A stretch of DNA of 44,992 bases, taken from sequence record NC_110914.1; one strand, given 5' to 3'. The stretch is from a phage. The position numbers and the translations under genes are program-made. Under the pieces are notes generated by a model. It was not told the origin of the DNA. It saw only the letters and a program-made list of their open reading frames with translations, and ran no database searches. Below, piece after piece: positions 21,375 to 30,266 of the stretch (its first letter is position 1; each line of letters opens with the position of its first letter).

Positions 21375-22275
21375 CTGAGCCCCCGATAGTTATCTGGTAC
21401 TCGGTACAGTTCGACGCCTGCGACTTACTCAGCACTATGTCGGCCTGCGGTGATGTCAGCTCGACACGCTGCACCCCCTCAACATGCAGCGCCGCATAAA
21501 TGGCTGACAGACGGATATCACGCCCGAGGCGGTGCTGCGCGCTGATGTAGCTCTGCAGCTTCTGCTCTGACGCCTGCCTGATGGGTTCAGATTCGGGGCC
21601 GGGGTAAACATAGATCGTCGCGTCAATCTGGTACGGCACAATCTCGGCTGACTGGACGGTCACCCGGTCAGCTACCGGGCGCACATCTTCGGCGTTCAGC
21701 GCTTTATCAACAATCGCCAGTAGCTCAGGGCTGGCAGTGCCGTCCCCCTCACGCGATAGCACGGTAATCGTCACGCAGGCTGGCGACGGGCTGGCGACCG
21801 AAACGTCAGCGACCCGCCCGTCGGCGCTGCGGCCGTGATACTCATATGCACCGACCGGACCCGCCACGCTCAATCCCTCAAACGCCTGTTGCGTGCGCAG
21901 TCGCAGGTCGGTATCAGATTCCATAACGGCAGGTGTCGGCGGGATGGTGGTATCATCCGCCGGGGTGATGGTCAGGCGTTCGGTATTATTGTTCCCGGCT
22001 ACGACGTCGAGGTCGTTACCGGCGGAGTAGGCCAGCGTCACCGCCTGTGCGGCTTCGTTCACCCGCTGACGCCAGATAACTTCACGGTAGGCGTTTTCCT
22101 GCAGCAGCTTAACAACCGGCTCTGACTCAAGTGTGAGCGTCCGGGCAATGGCCTCCTGCTGGTCTTCTGGATAGAGCGATATCAGCGTCGCTTTGCGTTC
22201 CGCAAGGATGGTTTCATAGTCCAGTTCCTCAACCACATCGGGAACGGGTAACTGACTCAGGTCAACGGTTGCCAT
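21367..22275 (-). CDS. J: Baseplate wedge protein gpJ
   Basis: 302-aa ORF; P2 gpJ size and position. Confidence 0.85.
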   Translation of the reverse strand: MATVDLSQLPVPDVVEELDYETILAERKATLISLYPEDQQEAIARTLTLESEPVVKLLQENAYREVIWRQRVNEAAQAVTLAYSAGNDLDVVAGNNNTERLTITPADDTTIPPTPAVMESDTDLRLRTQQAFEGLSVAGPVGAYEYHGRSADGRVADVSVASPSPACVTITVLSREGDGTASPELLAIVDKALNAEDVRPVADRVTVQSAEIVPYQIDATIYVYPGPESEPIRQASEQKLQSYISAQHRLGRDIRLSAIYAALHVEGVQRVELTSPQADIVLSKSQASNCTEYQITIGGSDE

Positions 22276-22281
22276 AGTTAT

Positions 22282-22629
22282 TTAACTCAGTGAAACAGTG
22301 GTTGAAACTGACGCACCGGTATCGGTACGCATCCCGGTAATATCGACATACATCTCGCCAGCGTCGCCGGCCTCAAAGCTGATGGATGTAAGCCTGATGC
22401 GCGGTTCCCACTTCTGGATAGCCGAATAGCAAGCCACCATAATTTGCAGCCTGAGCGCCGGGTTTTGCGGCATATCAATCAGCGCCGACAGAAGCGAGCC
22501 ATATTCACGACGCATCACCCGCGAGCCGACCGGCGTCAGCAGAATATCGCGCATGCTCTGGCTGATATGCTCGGTATCGCTGATGCCAAGGCCGGTATTT
22601 CGGTTCATCCCCTGATAGCGCGCCGTCAT
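22282..22629 (-). CDS. W: Baseplate protein gpW
   Basis: 115-aa ORF at the P2 gpW position. Confidence 0.85.
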   Translation of the reverse strand: MTARYQGMNRNTGLGISDTEHISQSMRDILLTPVGSRVMRREYGSLLSALIDMPQNPALRLQIMVACYSAIQKWEPRIRLTSISFEAGDAGEMYVDITGMRTDTGASVSTTVSLS

Positions 22630-23267
22630 AACGGTGCCCCCGTTTGCCCGCCGCTGTCGCCCGGGTGTTTATGGGTGTGGAGTACCTTGCCATTAGACGA
22701 CAGTGACCCGCCGGTATGTTCGATATTGCCGCTCATCTTGCCGCCTTTCTGCACCTCAAGCGTCGCCGTCGTTAGCTTATTGGTGCAAATCACCTCCGGG
22801 GTGTCGAGGGTGATACTGGTCGAGGCTTTCACCAGTACCAGCGGTACGGTTGCGGTGATGGACTCCGATGCCGTCACGTCGGCCGTTTTTATGCCGCTGA
22901 CCGTCAGCGCGCCGGTTTCGGGCTCGTACTCAATGACCGCACCATCAGGGAAAGCCACATGCCACGCATCCGCCGAGGCAGACGGGGCGGGGTTATCGTC
23001 GGAGAAAATACCCGGCAGCACGAAAGCGGTATCAAGCTCGCCACCGATTGCCAGCAGCAGAACCTGCTCACCGACCGAGGGAGCCCACCACGTCCGCGAA
23101 CGACCGGCGCGGGTGGTCAGCCAGTTCAGCCATGTAGTCTGGATCCCGCCGCTTTGTACGCGGCACAGCCCCTGCACAGTATCGACCTCAGTCACCACGC
23201 CTGAGCGGATGAGGTTGCGAATGGCACGTGCTAACTCTTGAATGGTGTTTAATGTGTTCATGAACAA
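22626..23267 (-). CDS. V: Baseplate spike protein gpV
   Basis: 213-aa ORF at the P2 gpV position. Confidence 0.85.
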   Translation of the reverse strand: MFMNTLNTIQELARAIRNLIRSGVVTEVDTVQGLCRVQSGGIQTTWLNWLTTRAGRSRTWWAPSVGEQVLLLAIGGELDTAFVLPGIFSDDNPAPSASADAWHVAFPDGAVIEYEPETGALTVSGIKTADVTASESITATVPLVLVKASTSITLDTPEVICTNKLTTATLEVQKGGKMSGNIEHTGGSLSSNGKVLHTHKHPGDSGGQTGAPL

Positions 23268-23398
23268 AGAATGCCGATTGTTAAAGCCAAGAGCAAAACG
23301 ATTCAGCTGTATGCTCTTCTACACAATTCGGTGTGCATTCATGTATCATTTGAGTGTTGACTCATTCGAAAATCACACAAAACATATGGCAGGTAGTA

Positions 23399-24235
23399 AT
23401 GAAAAGAACTTCATCTTTTAGGCGTACAATAAGCAATATGAAATATATTATAGGTATCTTTTTTTTATACTCCGGGCTTATAGTAGGGTTGTCTGTTTAT
23501 AATGATAACTACAACTCAAAATTCATGGAGAATTTTCTTGTTAATGCAAATTCTTCAATTTTAGACTTTCTTGTTTTGGGTGTGATTCTTTACTATTTTG
23601 AAAATAAAAGGCAAAATAAAGATGCTATTCACGAACTAATTGAAGATCTTGAAAATCTGGCAAAGCATTCTTCTGCAGAACTGAATATTATGAAGATAAA
23701 AATCATACGTCAGTTAAATGCTAAAGGAATATATAACATTCAAGTTCCAAGGATTGAACTTGATAAAATGTCCACTATCAAATATTTACATTTTAAAGAC
23801 GCTGACTTAACCGGCTTGAATATGAGCGAATCATACATTAGAGATTGTTCTTTCGATAATTGCACAATTCAAGCTCTAAATATTACAGGCAATAGAGTTA
23901 AGAGTGTTAAATTCAAAAACTGCAAGCTAAGAAATATTAAGGCATTTAATACATGTTTTCAAAATGTCACTTTCGAAAACTGCAGTTTTGAAGGGGGGTA
24001 TTTTACAGATAGCGAAATGAAAAGCTGCATATTAAAAGGATGTGATTTTAAATCCGTTACTTATGAAGGGGCTAACATGCGGAATGCAAATCTATTAAAT
24101 TCAATTAACATTAGCGTTAAAGAACTTGTTAAAGCAAAAAACATAGATTATTTAATTTGTGATGAGCAAATTAAAAATGAAATAAGAAAGGAAAACCCAG
24201 CAATAAAAATATCGAGAGGAATAATACGAGGTTAG
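23399..24235 (+). CDS. Membrane-anchored pentapeptide-repeat protein (cargo gene between V and S)
   Basis: AT-rich ORF opposite to flanking late genes. N-terminal hydrophobic segments (YIIGIFFLYSGLIVGLSVY; LDFLVLGVILYYF), then pentapeptide-like repeats (CSFDNCTIQALNITGNRVKSVKFKNCKLRNIKAFNTCFQNVTFENCSFEGGYF...). ORF track starts at GTG 23354; an ATG at about 23399 (MKRTSSFRR...) is more plausible. Confidence 0.6.
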   Translation: MKRTSSFRRTISNMKYIIGIFFLYSGLIVGLSVYNDNYNSKFMENFLVNANSSILDFLVLGVILYYFENKRQNKDAIHELIEDLENLAKHSSAELNIMKIKIIRQLNAKGIYNIQVPRIELDKMSTIKYLHFKDADLTGLNMSESYIRDCSFDNCTIQALNITGNRVKSVKFKNCKLRNIKAFNTCFQNVTFENCSFEGGYFTDSEMKSCILKGCDFKSVTYEGANMRNANLLNSINISVKELVKAKNIDYLICDEQIKNEIRKENPAIKISRGIIRG

Positions 24236-24325
24236 GGAATCGAACCCAACTCAGTGGGCACGCCCACCTAGACACCAGTCCACCTCTATCGCTGAGTTAT
24301 ATAATAATTCTCAGCGAATCCAAAG

Positions 24326-24781
24326 TCAATGGCGTTGACATAAAGCATCCATAATTAAACTCTCAACTTTTTGTAAGTCTGATGAAGAGTATCCGAGCAA
24401 CGGTCGCGCCTCGTACTGCACATCCCGGCTGTTGCGGTTTGGCCGGTCTTTTAGGCCGTACTGATGCACCCGCGCCATGCGCTGCACCTTGCCGGTAAAC
24501 TCCACCACCGCCGCACTGTCGCTGCCTTTGGCTTTCATAAAGCGACTGGTGCGCAGTTTGGCGAACATTTCACGTTTAATCCGACCTTTCTTGCTCCGCA
24601 CCGGCTGGCGCTTTCGTGCCGCATACGGGGTGCCGTCGGGTGCCTGCTGGCGCTTGATACGCTGTTGCTGACTGGTACGCAGCTTTTTCGCAACCTCAAC
24701 CGCCATTTGCCGACGTGCCGCCGGTGACAGGCTGGCAATCAGACCGGCAAGGCGTTCCTGCAGCGCGGTTAATTCACTCAT
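24326..24781 (-). CDS. S: Tail completion protein gpS
   Basis: 151-aa ORF at the P2 gpS position. Confidence 0.8.
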   Translation of the reverse strand: MSELTALQERLAGLIASLSPAARRQMAVEVAKKLRTSQQQRIKRQQAPDGTPYAARKRQPVRSKKGRIKREMFAKLRTSRFMKAKGSDSAAVVEFTGKVQRMARVHQYGLKDRPNRNSRDVQYEARPLLGYSSSDLQKVESLIMDALCQRH

Positions 24782-25250
24782 CCCACTTACTCACCAGTTC
24801 GCCGTTAACGTACAGCTCGACCGGGCGCGTCACCGGCTCAGGCAGTGGCTGCTCAGGGGCATAGCTGACGTGCAGCGCGCCGTCGACCTCTTTGACGAGC
24901 GTGCGCTCGGTGAGCCTCAGGCTGATACTGATATCGAGCGAATCGTCGTTATTGATATCAATAATCCAGGTGAATCCTTTTTCCCGCCCGTCGTCGGTGG
25001 TCATAATGTCCGGCTGATGTTCACGCAGCCACGCCTGCACCGGCACGAATATCAAATCAAGGTCACCGGTGAAGTCGGTCACCACCACGTTAAGCACGTA
25101 CACCTTTTCAAACGACAGCGAGCTCGCCAGTCGGGAATCGGTATGGCCGTTGTCGGCAAAAAGGCGCAGCATATCGGGATTATTTCGGAGCTGCGGCACG
25201 GCGTTAATCAGCGCTTTGCGCAGGCTTTTGTGCTTCTGCATCGAGTTCAT
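24774..25250 (-). CDS. R: Tail completion protein gpR
   Basis: 158-aa ORF at the P2 gpR position. Confidence 0.8.
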   Translation of the reverse strand: MNSMQKHKSLRKALINAVPQLRNNPDMLRLFADNGHTDSRLASSLSFEKVYVLNVVVTDFTGDLDLIFVPVQAWLREHQPDIMTTDDGREKGFTWIIDINNDDSLDISISLRLTERTLVKEVDGALHVSYAPEQPLPEPVTRPVELYVNGELVSKWDE

Positions 25251-25494
25251 CCTGACAGTGTTTGACGGTTTTAACCTGCAGCGCGCAGGCGGTCAGCGCG
25301 CCCTCAAGACGGCGGATATCTGCGCTCAGGTCACCATTGGTTTTCGGGTCACTTCCCGGCATCGGACAAAGGCTCACCCTCGGGCATCCGCTGACCACAA
25401 TCACCGGCACTGGCACAGGCGGTGCGGGTGTGCAGCCGACGCACAACATCAGGCAAAGCAGCGTTATACCAGCGGCGAAAGGCTTCATTTTCAT
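25204..25494 (-). CDS. lysC: Outer-membrane lipoprotein spanin LysC (Rz1-like)
   Basis: 96-aa ORF with lipobox (LCVGCTPAPP) and Pro-rich region, overlapping lysB out of frame as expected for o-spanins. Confidence 0.7.
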   Translation of the reverse strand: MKMKPFAAGITLLCLMLCVGCTPAPPVPVPVIVVSGCPRVSLCPMPGSDPKTNGDLSADIRRLEGALTACALQVKTVKHCQDELDAEAQKPAQSAD

Positions 25495-25762
25495 TAAGTA
25501 ACCTCGTTATCGTCTGCTCACGGCGGCTGGCCTCTGCGCTGGCCTTTGCGAGCTGCTCGCGCAGTTCCACCTGCGCGGATTCATTACGTCGGGCAAGCTG
25601 ACCGGCAACACTGAGCTGATTTTTCAGCATTCCAATCGTCGTCTTTTGTTCGCTTGCGACGCGGTTTGCCGTCTCAAAGGAGCGGGATAAATTGCCGTTC
25701 TCATGGCGCAACCACAGCAGCCCGAGCACGGCCAGCACCAGCAGCGTTATCAGGATTTTCAT
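25349..25762 (-). CDS. lysB: Inner-membrane spanin LysB (Rz-like)
   Basis: N-terminal TM (MKILITLLVLAVLGLLWL) plus coiled-coil periplasmic domain; start trimmed to the internal Met whose ATG overlaps the K stop. Confidence 0.7.
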   Translation of the reverse strand: MKILITLLVLAVLGLLWLRHENGNLSRSFETANRVASEQKTTIGMLKNQLSVAGQLARRNESAQVELREQLAKASAEASRREQTITRLLNENEAFRRWYNAALPDVVRRLHTRTACASAGDCGQRMPEGEPLSDAGK

Positions 25763-26256
25763 GCCATCACCCCGCCAGCCGTGCGCCACACAGTGACCAG
25801 TTTGTCGAGGCTGTGCTCACGCTGGCCGTAACCTGCACCCGGCAGCGACGCCCATATATTGCGGCAACGTGAAATTGCTCGCTCAATACGCCCCGCTTTA
25901 ATATCCTCAATGGCACCGCGCTCCCGGATTAACTGAATCGCAAGTTTGTCCTGCGACAACGGGCTGAAATCAGGCAATGCGAGCTGTTTCTGATAGTGCG
26001 GCCAGTAGAGATAAAGCTGCTGGTAACGCCCTGATGCCGTGGATTTTTCGCCGCGTCGATTAAACACTTTCGCTGGTCTGCCATGTGCGAAAGGGTGATC
26101 GGTGTAGTCGGTGAAAATTTCCGGCTTGCCATCAATGCCAGTGACAATGACGTCGTAACCACGATTTTTCGTCAGCGGATGCGTCGCCGTCCCTTCGGAA
26201 TAGGCCAGCATGTCCAGAAACGCGGCGATATTCTGGTGAGTATTAATGACCGGCAT
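25759..26256 (-). CDS. K: Endolysin gpK (lysozyme-like)
   Basis: 165-aa product from MPVINTHQNIAAFLDMLAYSEGT...; the longer 242-aa track ORF is treated as a spurious upstream extension. Confidence 0.85.
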   Translation of the reverse strand: MPVINTHQNIAAFLDMLAYSEGTATHPLTKNRGYDVIVTGIDGKPEIFTDYTDHPFAHGRPAKVFNRRGEKSTASGRYQQLYLYWPHYQKQLALPDFSPLSQDKLAIQLIRERGAIEDIKAGRIERAISRCRNIWASLPGAGYGQREHSLDKLVTVWRTAGGVMA

Positions 26257-26539
26257 CGCTATCCCCCTTTTGTGACTTAAAGCGGCGCTGAATGGCGATT
26301 TCCACCACCTGATAACCTGCAATGCCGAGCATGGATCCAATCCCACAAACGGCAGGCAGTGACATATCTGGAAACTGCACCAGAACAACACCGGCGACCA
26401 TTGAAACAAAACCGCCGAGCAGCATGCGGCCGATAAACAGGCGCGGGGTAATGGGCTCACCACCCGCCAGCACTTTTCCGACAACAATCATCACGCCAAT
26501 CACAAACAGTGACAGGACGCCTTTTTCCCCTTCTGTCAT
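26243..26539 (-). CDS. Y: Holin gpY
   Basis: 98-aa ORF with hydrophobic TM segments and charged C-terminus, immediately upstream of the endolysin. Confidence 0.8.
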   Translation of the reverse strand: MTEGEKGVLSLFVIGVMIVVGKVLAGGEPITPRLFIGRMLLGGFVSMVAGVVLVQFPDMSLPAVCGIGSMLGIAGYQVVEIAIQRRFKSQKGDSDAGH

Positions 26540-26542
26540 GGT

Positions 26543-26746
26543 TTACTCCCAAAGGTTGATAGTTTCTGTTACGGGTGACGATGCCACGTCGGGCAGGTCA
26601 ATTGCCGTGCCATGCGGCAGAATGACGCCCAGCTCAGACAGACCGGGATTAGCCTGCAGCACCGCCTCGACCACGCCCTCAGTGCGCCCGTAATACCGGG
26701 CGCAAAGCGCGTCGATGGTGTCGCCCTGCATCGCGTAGACTTTCAT
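26543..26746 (-). CDS. X: Tail protein X
   Basis: 67-aa ORF at the P2 gpX position. Confidence 0.8.
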   Translation of the reverse strand: MKVYAMQGDTIDALCARYYGRTEGVVEAVLQANPGLSELGVILPHGTAIDLPDVASSPVTETINLWE

Positions 26747-27255
26747 CAGAGCTGACCCACGATACAGCGCGGCTTATCCTGCAGGCGCGAGACCGACCAG
26801 CGCATATCCCGCCACAGGTCATCAATGGTGGTTTCGACGCTGTCGGCTTTTTTGTCACCCTTGCCGGTGGCCTCAACCCCGCGATAACGCTCATACAGGG
26901 TGGCGGTCGCCATCGCCGTCACGGCGCTGAGGTAGTGGAAAACGCGCACATTCTCGCCGTCGATTTCCTCGGCGTCAGGCACGTCGGCCAGTGTCTTAAA
27001 CCCTGCGGCAATCTGGCGCAGCCGGTAGTCGTAAAGCTCCGCATTGGTTTCCGCCATGCCGGTCTTGATGGCGTTGCGCAGGCGCGCATCGGAAACCGTC
27101 TGCTCAAGGCGCATCAGCTCGCGCACCCGCTTCGGATCCACATCAGGGAAAAAGAACGTGTTTTTAATCACTGCGTCGCCCGTCTCCGGTGCGGGAATCA
27201 CCACGCCCGGTACGTCCTGCGGTTCGTCGGGCTGATTCAGTATTACTGTCGTCAT
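26746..27255 (-). CDS. L: Head completion/stabilization protein gpL
   Basis: 169-aa ORF, same size as P2 gpL, correct position. Confidence 0.85.
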   Translation of the reverse strand: MTTVILNQPDEPQDVPGVVIPAPETGDAVIKNTFFFPDVDPKRVRELMRLEQTVSDARLRNAIKTGMAETNAELYDYRLRQIAAGFKTLADVPDAEEIDGENVRVFHYLSAVTAMATATLYERYRGVEATGKGDKKADSVETTIDDLWRDMRWSVSRLQDKPRCIVGQL

Positions 27256-27348
27256 GACAACCTCATTAGGTTGGGCGGTGGACGCCGGTCGCCGTCAGGG
27301 TCAAAACCCGCTTTGACCGGCGTGCCGCCCGGCTCGGGGAGCGTTCAG

Positions 27349-28098
27349 TTAACCGGCGGTTTTTACCGCCTTTGGTGGACGCCCGCGCTTTGCCGCCGGT
27401 TTGGTGGCAGGTTTGCGCGTGCGCGGTTTAGTCGTTTTACGGGGCGCGGCATCGGGCTTAGGCTTCAATGCCCGCTCCAGTCGCTCAATCTCTTTGCGCA
27501 CACCGGCATTGCGGTCGAGCTGCATCGCGCGCTGAAACTGTGCCAGTGCTTCGGCGCTCTGACCGGCATCGCGCAGGGTTAGACCGGTCACCTTATGCAG
27601 TCGAGCGCGCACCATATCGGGAACGTCAGCGCCGTCGGTCAGGCTAAGGGTGGTCAGCAGTAATGCGAGGTCGACAGGCTCACCGGCATCGCGCAGGCGC
27701 AGCGCGGCAATCGCCACCTCCTCAACCAGCATGTAAGGTGGCGTGCGGCGATAGTCAGAGGTGAGGCCGTGCTTCAGCGCGTATGGCGCAATTTCCAGCG
27801 CGCCAGCGATATCACCGGCATCGAGACGCCACAGCATGACTGTCATCAGAATGTCATCCTGCGCACCACGGCCATCAGCCAGCACACCGGCGACCCACGG
27901 CGCATAGAACGGCAGCAGCTCACGCTTTTTCGCGGCTTTCAGTTCGTTTGAACGGATGGTTTTCAACGTGCGGCGGTCATCGGCCAGCTTTACCAGCATC
28001 TGCTCGTAGGCGGTTGCATGGCGCAGCGGGGCTTGTTCCCGCTGCGCGGCTTGAGAGGCCGAGACCCGCATCATGTGACGCTGTGCGGGGCTCGTCAT
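27349..28098 (-). CDS. M: Terminase small subunit gpM
   Basis: Start trimmed to the internal MTSPAQRHMMRVSA... Met (about 249 aa) to avoid the overlap with N; track ORF is 27349..28194. Confidence 0.8.
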   Translation of the reverse strand: MTSPAQRHMMRVSASQAAQREQAPLRHATAYEQMLVKLADDRRTLKTIRSNELKAAKKRELLPFYAPWVAGVLADGRGAQDDILMTVMLWRLDAGDIAGALEIAPYALKHGLTSDYRRTPPYMLVEEVAIAALRLRDAGEPVDLALLLTTLSLTDGADVPDMVRARLHKVTGLTLRDAGQSAEALAQFQRAMQLDRNAGVRKEIERLERALKPKPDAAPRKTTKPRTRKPATKPAAKRGRPPKAVKTAG

Positions 28099-28102
28099 GG
28101 GC

Positions 28103-29170
28103 TTACTCTCCGCTTTCCGGTGCTGCAGGTGCGGTGAAATCGCCCAGGGTGATGTTTTCCAGCAGACACCCGGCGGCATACGCCTCGACCACATAGTCGA
28201 TATTCATTGACTCGTAGTTTTCCACGCGGTCTTTTTTCGGGTTTTCATCAATGCTGCGGCGGTGGCTCTCATCCATGAAATAGATAGAGAGGTTTTCCAG
28301 CGTTGTCACTAACACGGCATTCGCCGGGAAGTACGGCACACGCACAGCAGGCAGGTTGCCGATTCGCTTCTGGCTGATGATGATATCTGCCGCGAGCGCT
28401 TCGCTGTTTTCTTGCGGCTTGTTCACCAGTGGGAAATATTTGTCGGCCAGCAGCTTACGGCCAACGATGGCAACGAGTTTCGGGTCATCCTGATAAACCT
28501 CGTCAATCAGGTTGTTGGTAGCATCCATCACCAGCGCGTCGAGGTTCTCATAGTCGCCGTTTTTACCGACGCGAATCACTGCCGAAACGACCTTACCGTC
28601 AGCATCGGTGATATTGCTCATCACACGCGTCGGGGCTTCGTTGCGGTATTTCTGCAGCCAGCCGATGGCTACATCCTGCAGCATCGGATTTTTGGTGCGG
28701 TCAGAGGTGGCGGCGCGGGTGGTACCGTTAAAACCGGCCATGATGAAATCGAGCGCCTGACGCTTAACAATGGCGTCACGGATGCGGCGCTGAAAGTCCT
28801 GAAAACGCGCCCACAGGTCGAGGGTTTTATATTTCAGATGGAAGTCAAAGTTAATCTGGTCGCACTCGTACTTGTTGGACTCAAGCGCGGTGAAGTCTGC
28901 GGTCTTACGCTCATCATCGCCCGAGGTGTCGGTCGTGCTGGCGATAGTACCGGTCACACCGACGCCGATTTTCTCACCCTTCATTTCTGCGACCGGCAGA
29001 ATGTTAATCGTCTGCAGAAACGCGGATGACTCCTGCACTTTGTTCATCAGCGTTTGCGTGACGGACGGCTCGACGGTGAATTTTTTACTGACGTCATCAG
29101 TGCTGATGCCGTTCAGCTCAGCGACGCGGGTCAGATAGGCATTGAACTTAAAACGGGTTTCCGGGCGCAT
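28103..29170 (-). CDS. N: Major capsid protein gpN
   Basis: 355-aa ORF MRPETRFKFNAYLTRVAELNGI... matching remembered P2 gpN. Confidence 0.9.
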   Translation of the reverse strand: MRPETRFKFNAYLTRVAELNGISTDDVSKKFTVEPSVTQTLMNKVQESSAFLQTINILPVAEMKGEKIGVGVTGTIASTTDTSGDDERKTADFTALESNKYECDQINFDFHLKYKTLDLWARFQDFQRRIRDAIVKRQALDFIMAGFNGTTRAATSDRTKNPMLQDVAIGWLQKYRNEAPTRVMSNITDADGKVVSAVIRVGKNGDYENLDALVMDATNNLIDEVYQDDPKLVAIVGRKLLADKYFPLVNKPQENSEALAADIIISQKRIGNLPAVRVPYFPANAVLVTTLENLSIYFMDESHRRSIDENPKKDRVENYESMNIDYVVEAYAAGCLLENITLGDFTAPAAPESGE

Positions 29171-29246
29171 AGTATTTCCTGTTTGAATTTATCGGTTAGT
29201 CACTGCATCGGGCGGAGTTACCGCCCGGTTTCTGGTCTGCGGTTTA

Positions 29247-30101
29247 TCAGCAGTCGGTCAGCAGCTCATCGCCACCACCGCCGCTGGCTTTCGTGCGTCG
29301 CGGCTGGCTGAAACTTTCGGTTTTGTCGAGGGTGGCTTTCAGGGCGGAAAATGCCTGGCTGGTTTCTTCAATCTTGCCGGTCAGTTCCTGTTTAAAGGTG
29401 GTAAGCGCGGCTTCCATAGCGGAAAGACGCTTATCCTGCGCAGTGAGGTTGGTCTGCACATGCTCGCTGACGGTGGTCACCGCTTCATGCACATCATTCA
29501 GGCGCGCATCGTCGCTGACCTGCTTACGGCTGAAAATGGCTTTCACCTTATCTGCCAGGCTGTTTAGCACCGTATCGGGAACGTCTTCAAATTCCAGTTC
29601 GGCCAGCGTGGCAGCGGAAAAGACGTTTTCAGGGTTGGCCTTAAAGCGCTGCAGAGGGTTGTGCTTCGCGTTGCGGCAGAATTCGAGGTATTCAGTGCCG
29701 AGGCTCGCCGGGTCATCGGTGACAGCAAGGCCGACGAGGTAGCATTTGCCGGTATTGGCAAAATTCGGCTGAATTTCCATTGAGGTGTAGACCTTCTGCA
29801 ATTTTTTATTCATCGCAATCAGGTCGTCGGTTGGGGTGATTCTGGCGAACAACGCCCATTTGCCGTTAAGCGCAGAATCGTCGTCAATTATTTCAGCTTT
29901 CAGTTCAACCACATCGCCTAAGCGTTTGAAGTCGCCATCAGGAAAGAGACCGCGAATATGCTCAAGGTTAATGCGGCAACCGTAGACGCGAGGGTCAAAC
30001 GATTCGGCCATTTCCTGAATATCGTTGCCGCTGATAATGCGGCCGTCGCAGGTGTCACCCTCGACGCCGATGCGAAAGAATTTTGAGACTTTTTTTGCCA
30101 T
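29247..30101 (-). CDS. O: Capsid scaffolding protein gpO
   Basis: 284-aa ORF at the P2 gpO position, divergent from P-Q. Confidence 0.85.
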   Translation of the reverse strand: MAKKVSKFFRIGVEGDTCDGRIISGNDIQEMAESFDPRVYGCRINLEHIRGLFPDGDFKRLGDVVELKAEIIDDDSALNGKWALFARITPTDDLIAMNKKLQKVYTSMEIQPNFANTGKCYLVGLAVTDDPASLGTEYLEFCRNAKHNPLQRFKANPENVFSAATLAELEFEDVPDTVLNSLADKVKAIFSRKQVSDDARLNDVHEAVTTVSEHVQTNLTAQDKRLSAMEAALTTFKQELTGKIEETSQAFSALKATLDKTESFSQPRRTKASGGGGDELLTDC

Positions 30102-30266
30102 TGTCAGGAGTCCTGAGGTTGAGGTTACTGGTCACCGCCAGTTTCCAGACTCAGGACACGCCAGACCACCAATGACGACTGGACAACCGCCCACACAACA
30201 GCACCTTAGCGAATCACTGACGGCCATTAAGTAGCCTTGCCCTGAATCCACTACGGCGAGGCATCA

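Noticed and set aside
22444-23241. 265-aa plus-strand ORF
   Set aside because: Entirely antisense to gpW and gpV; composition typical of a GC-rich shadow frame.
26257-26487. 77-aa upstream extension of the endolysin ORF (TTG start)
   Set aside because: Overlaps the holin gene in another frame; the endolysin family N-terminus begins at MPVINTHQ.
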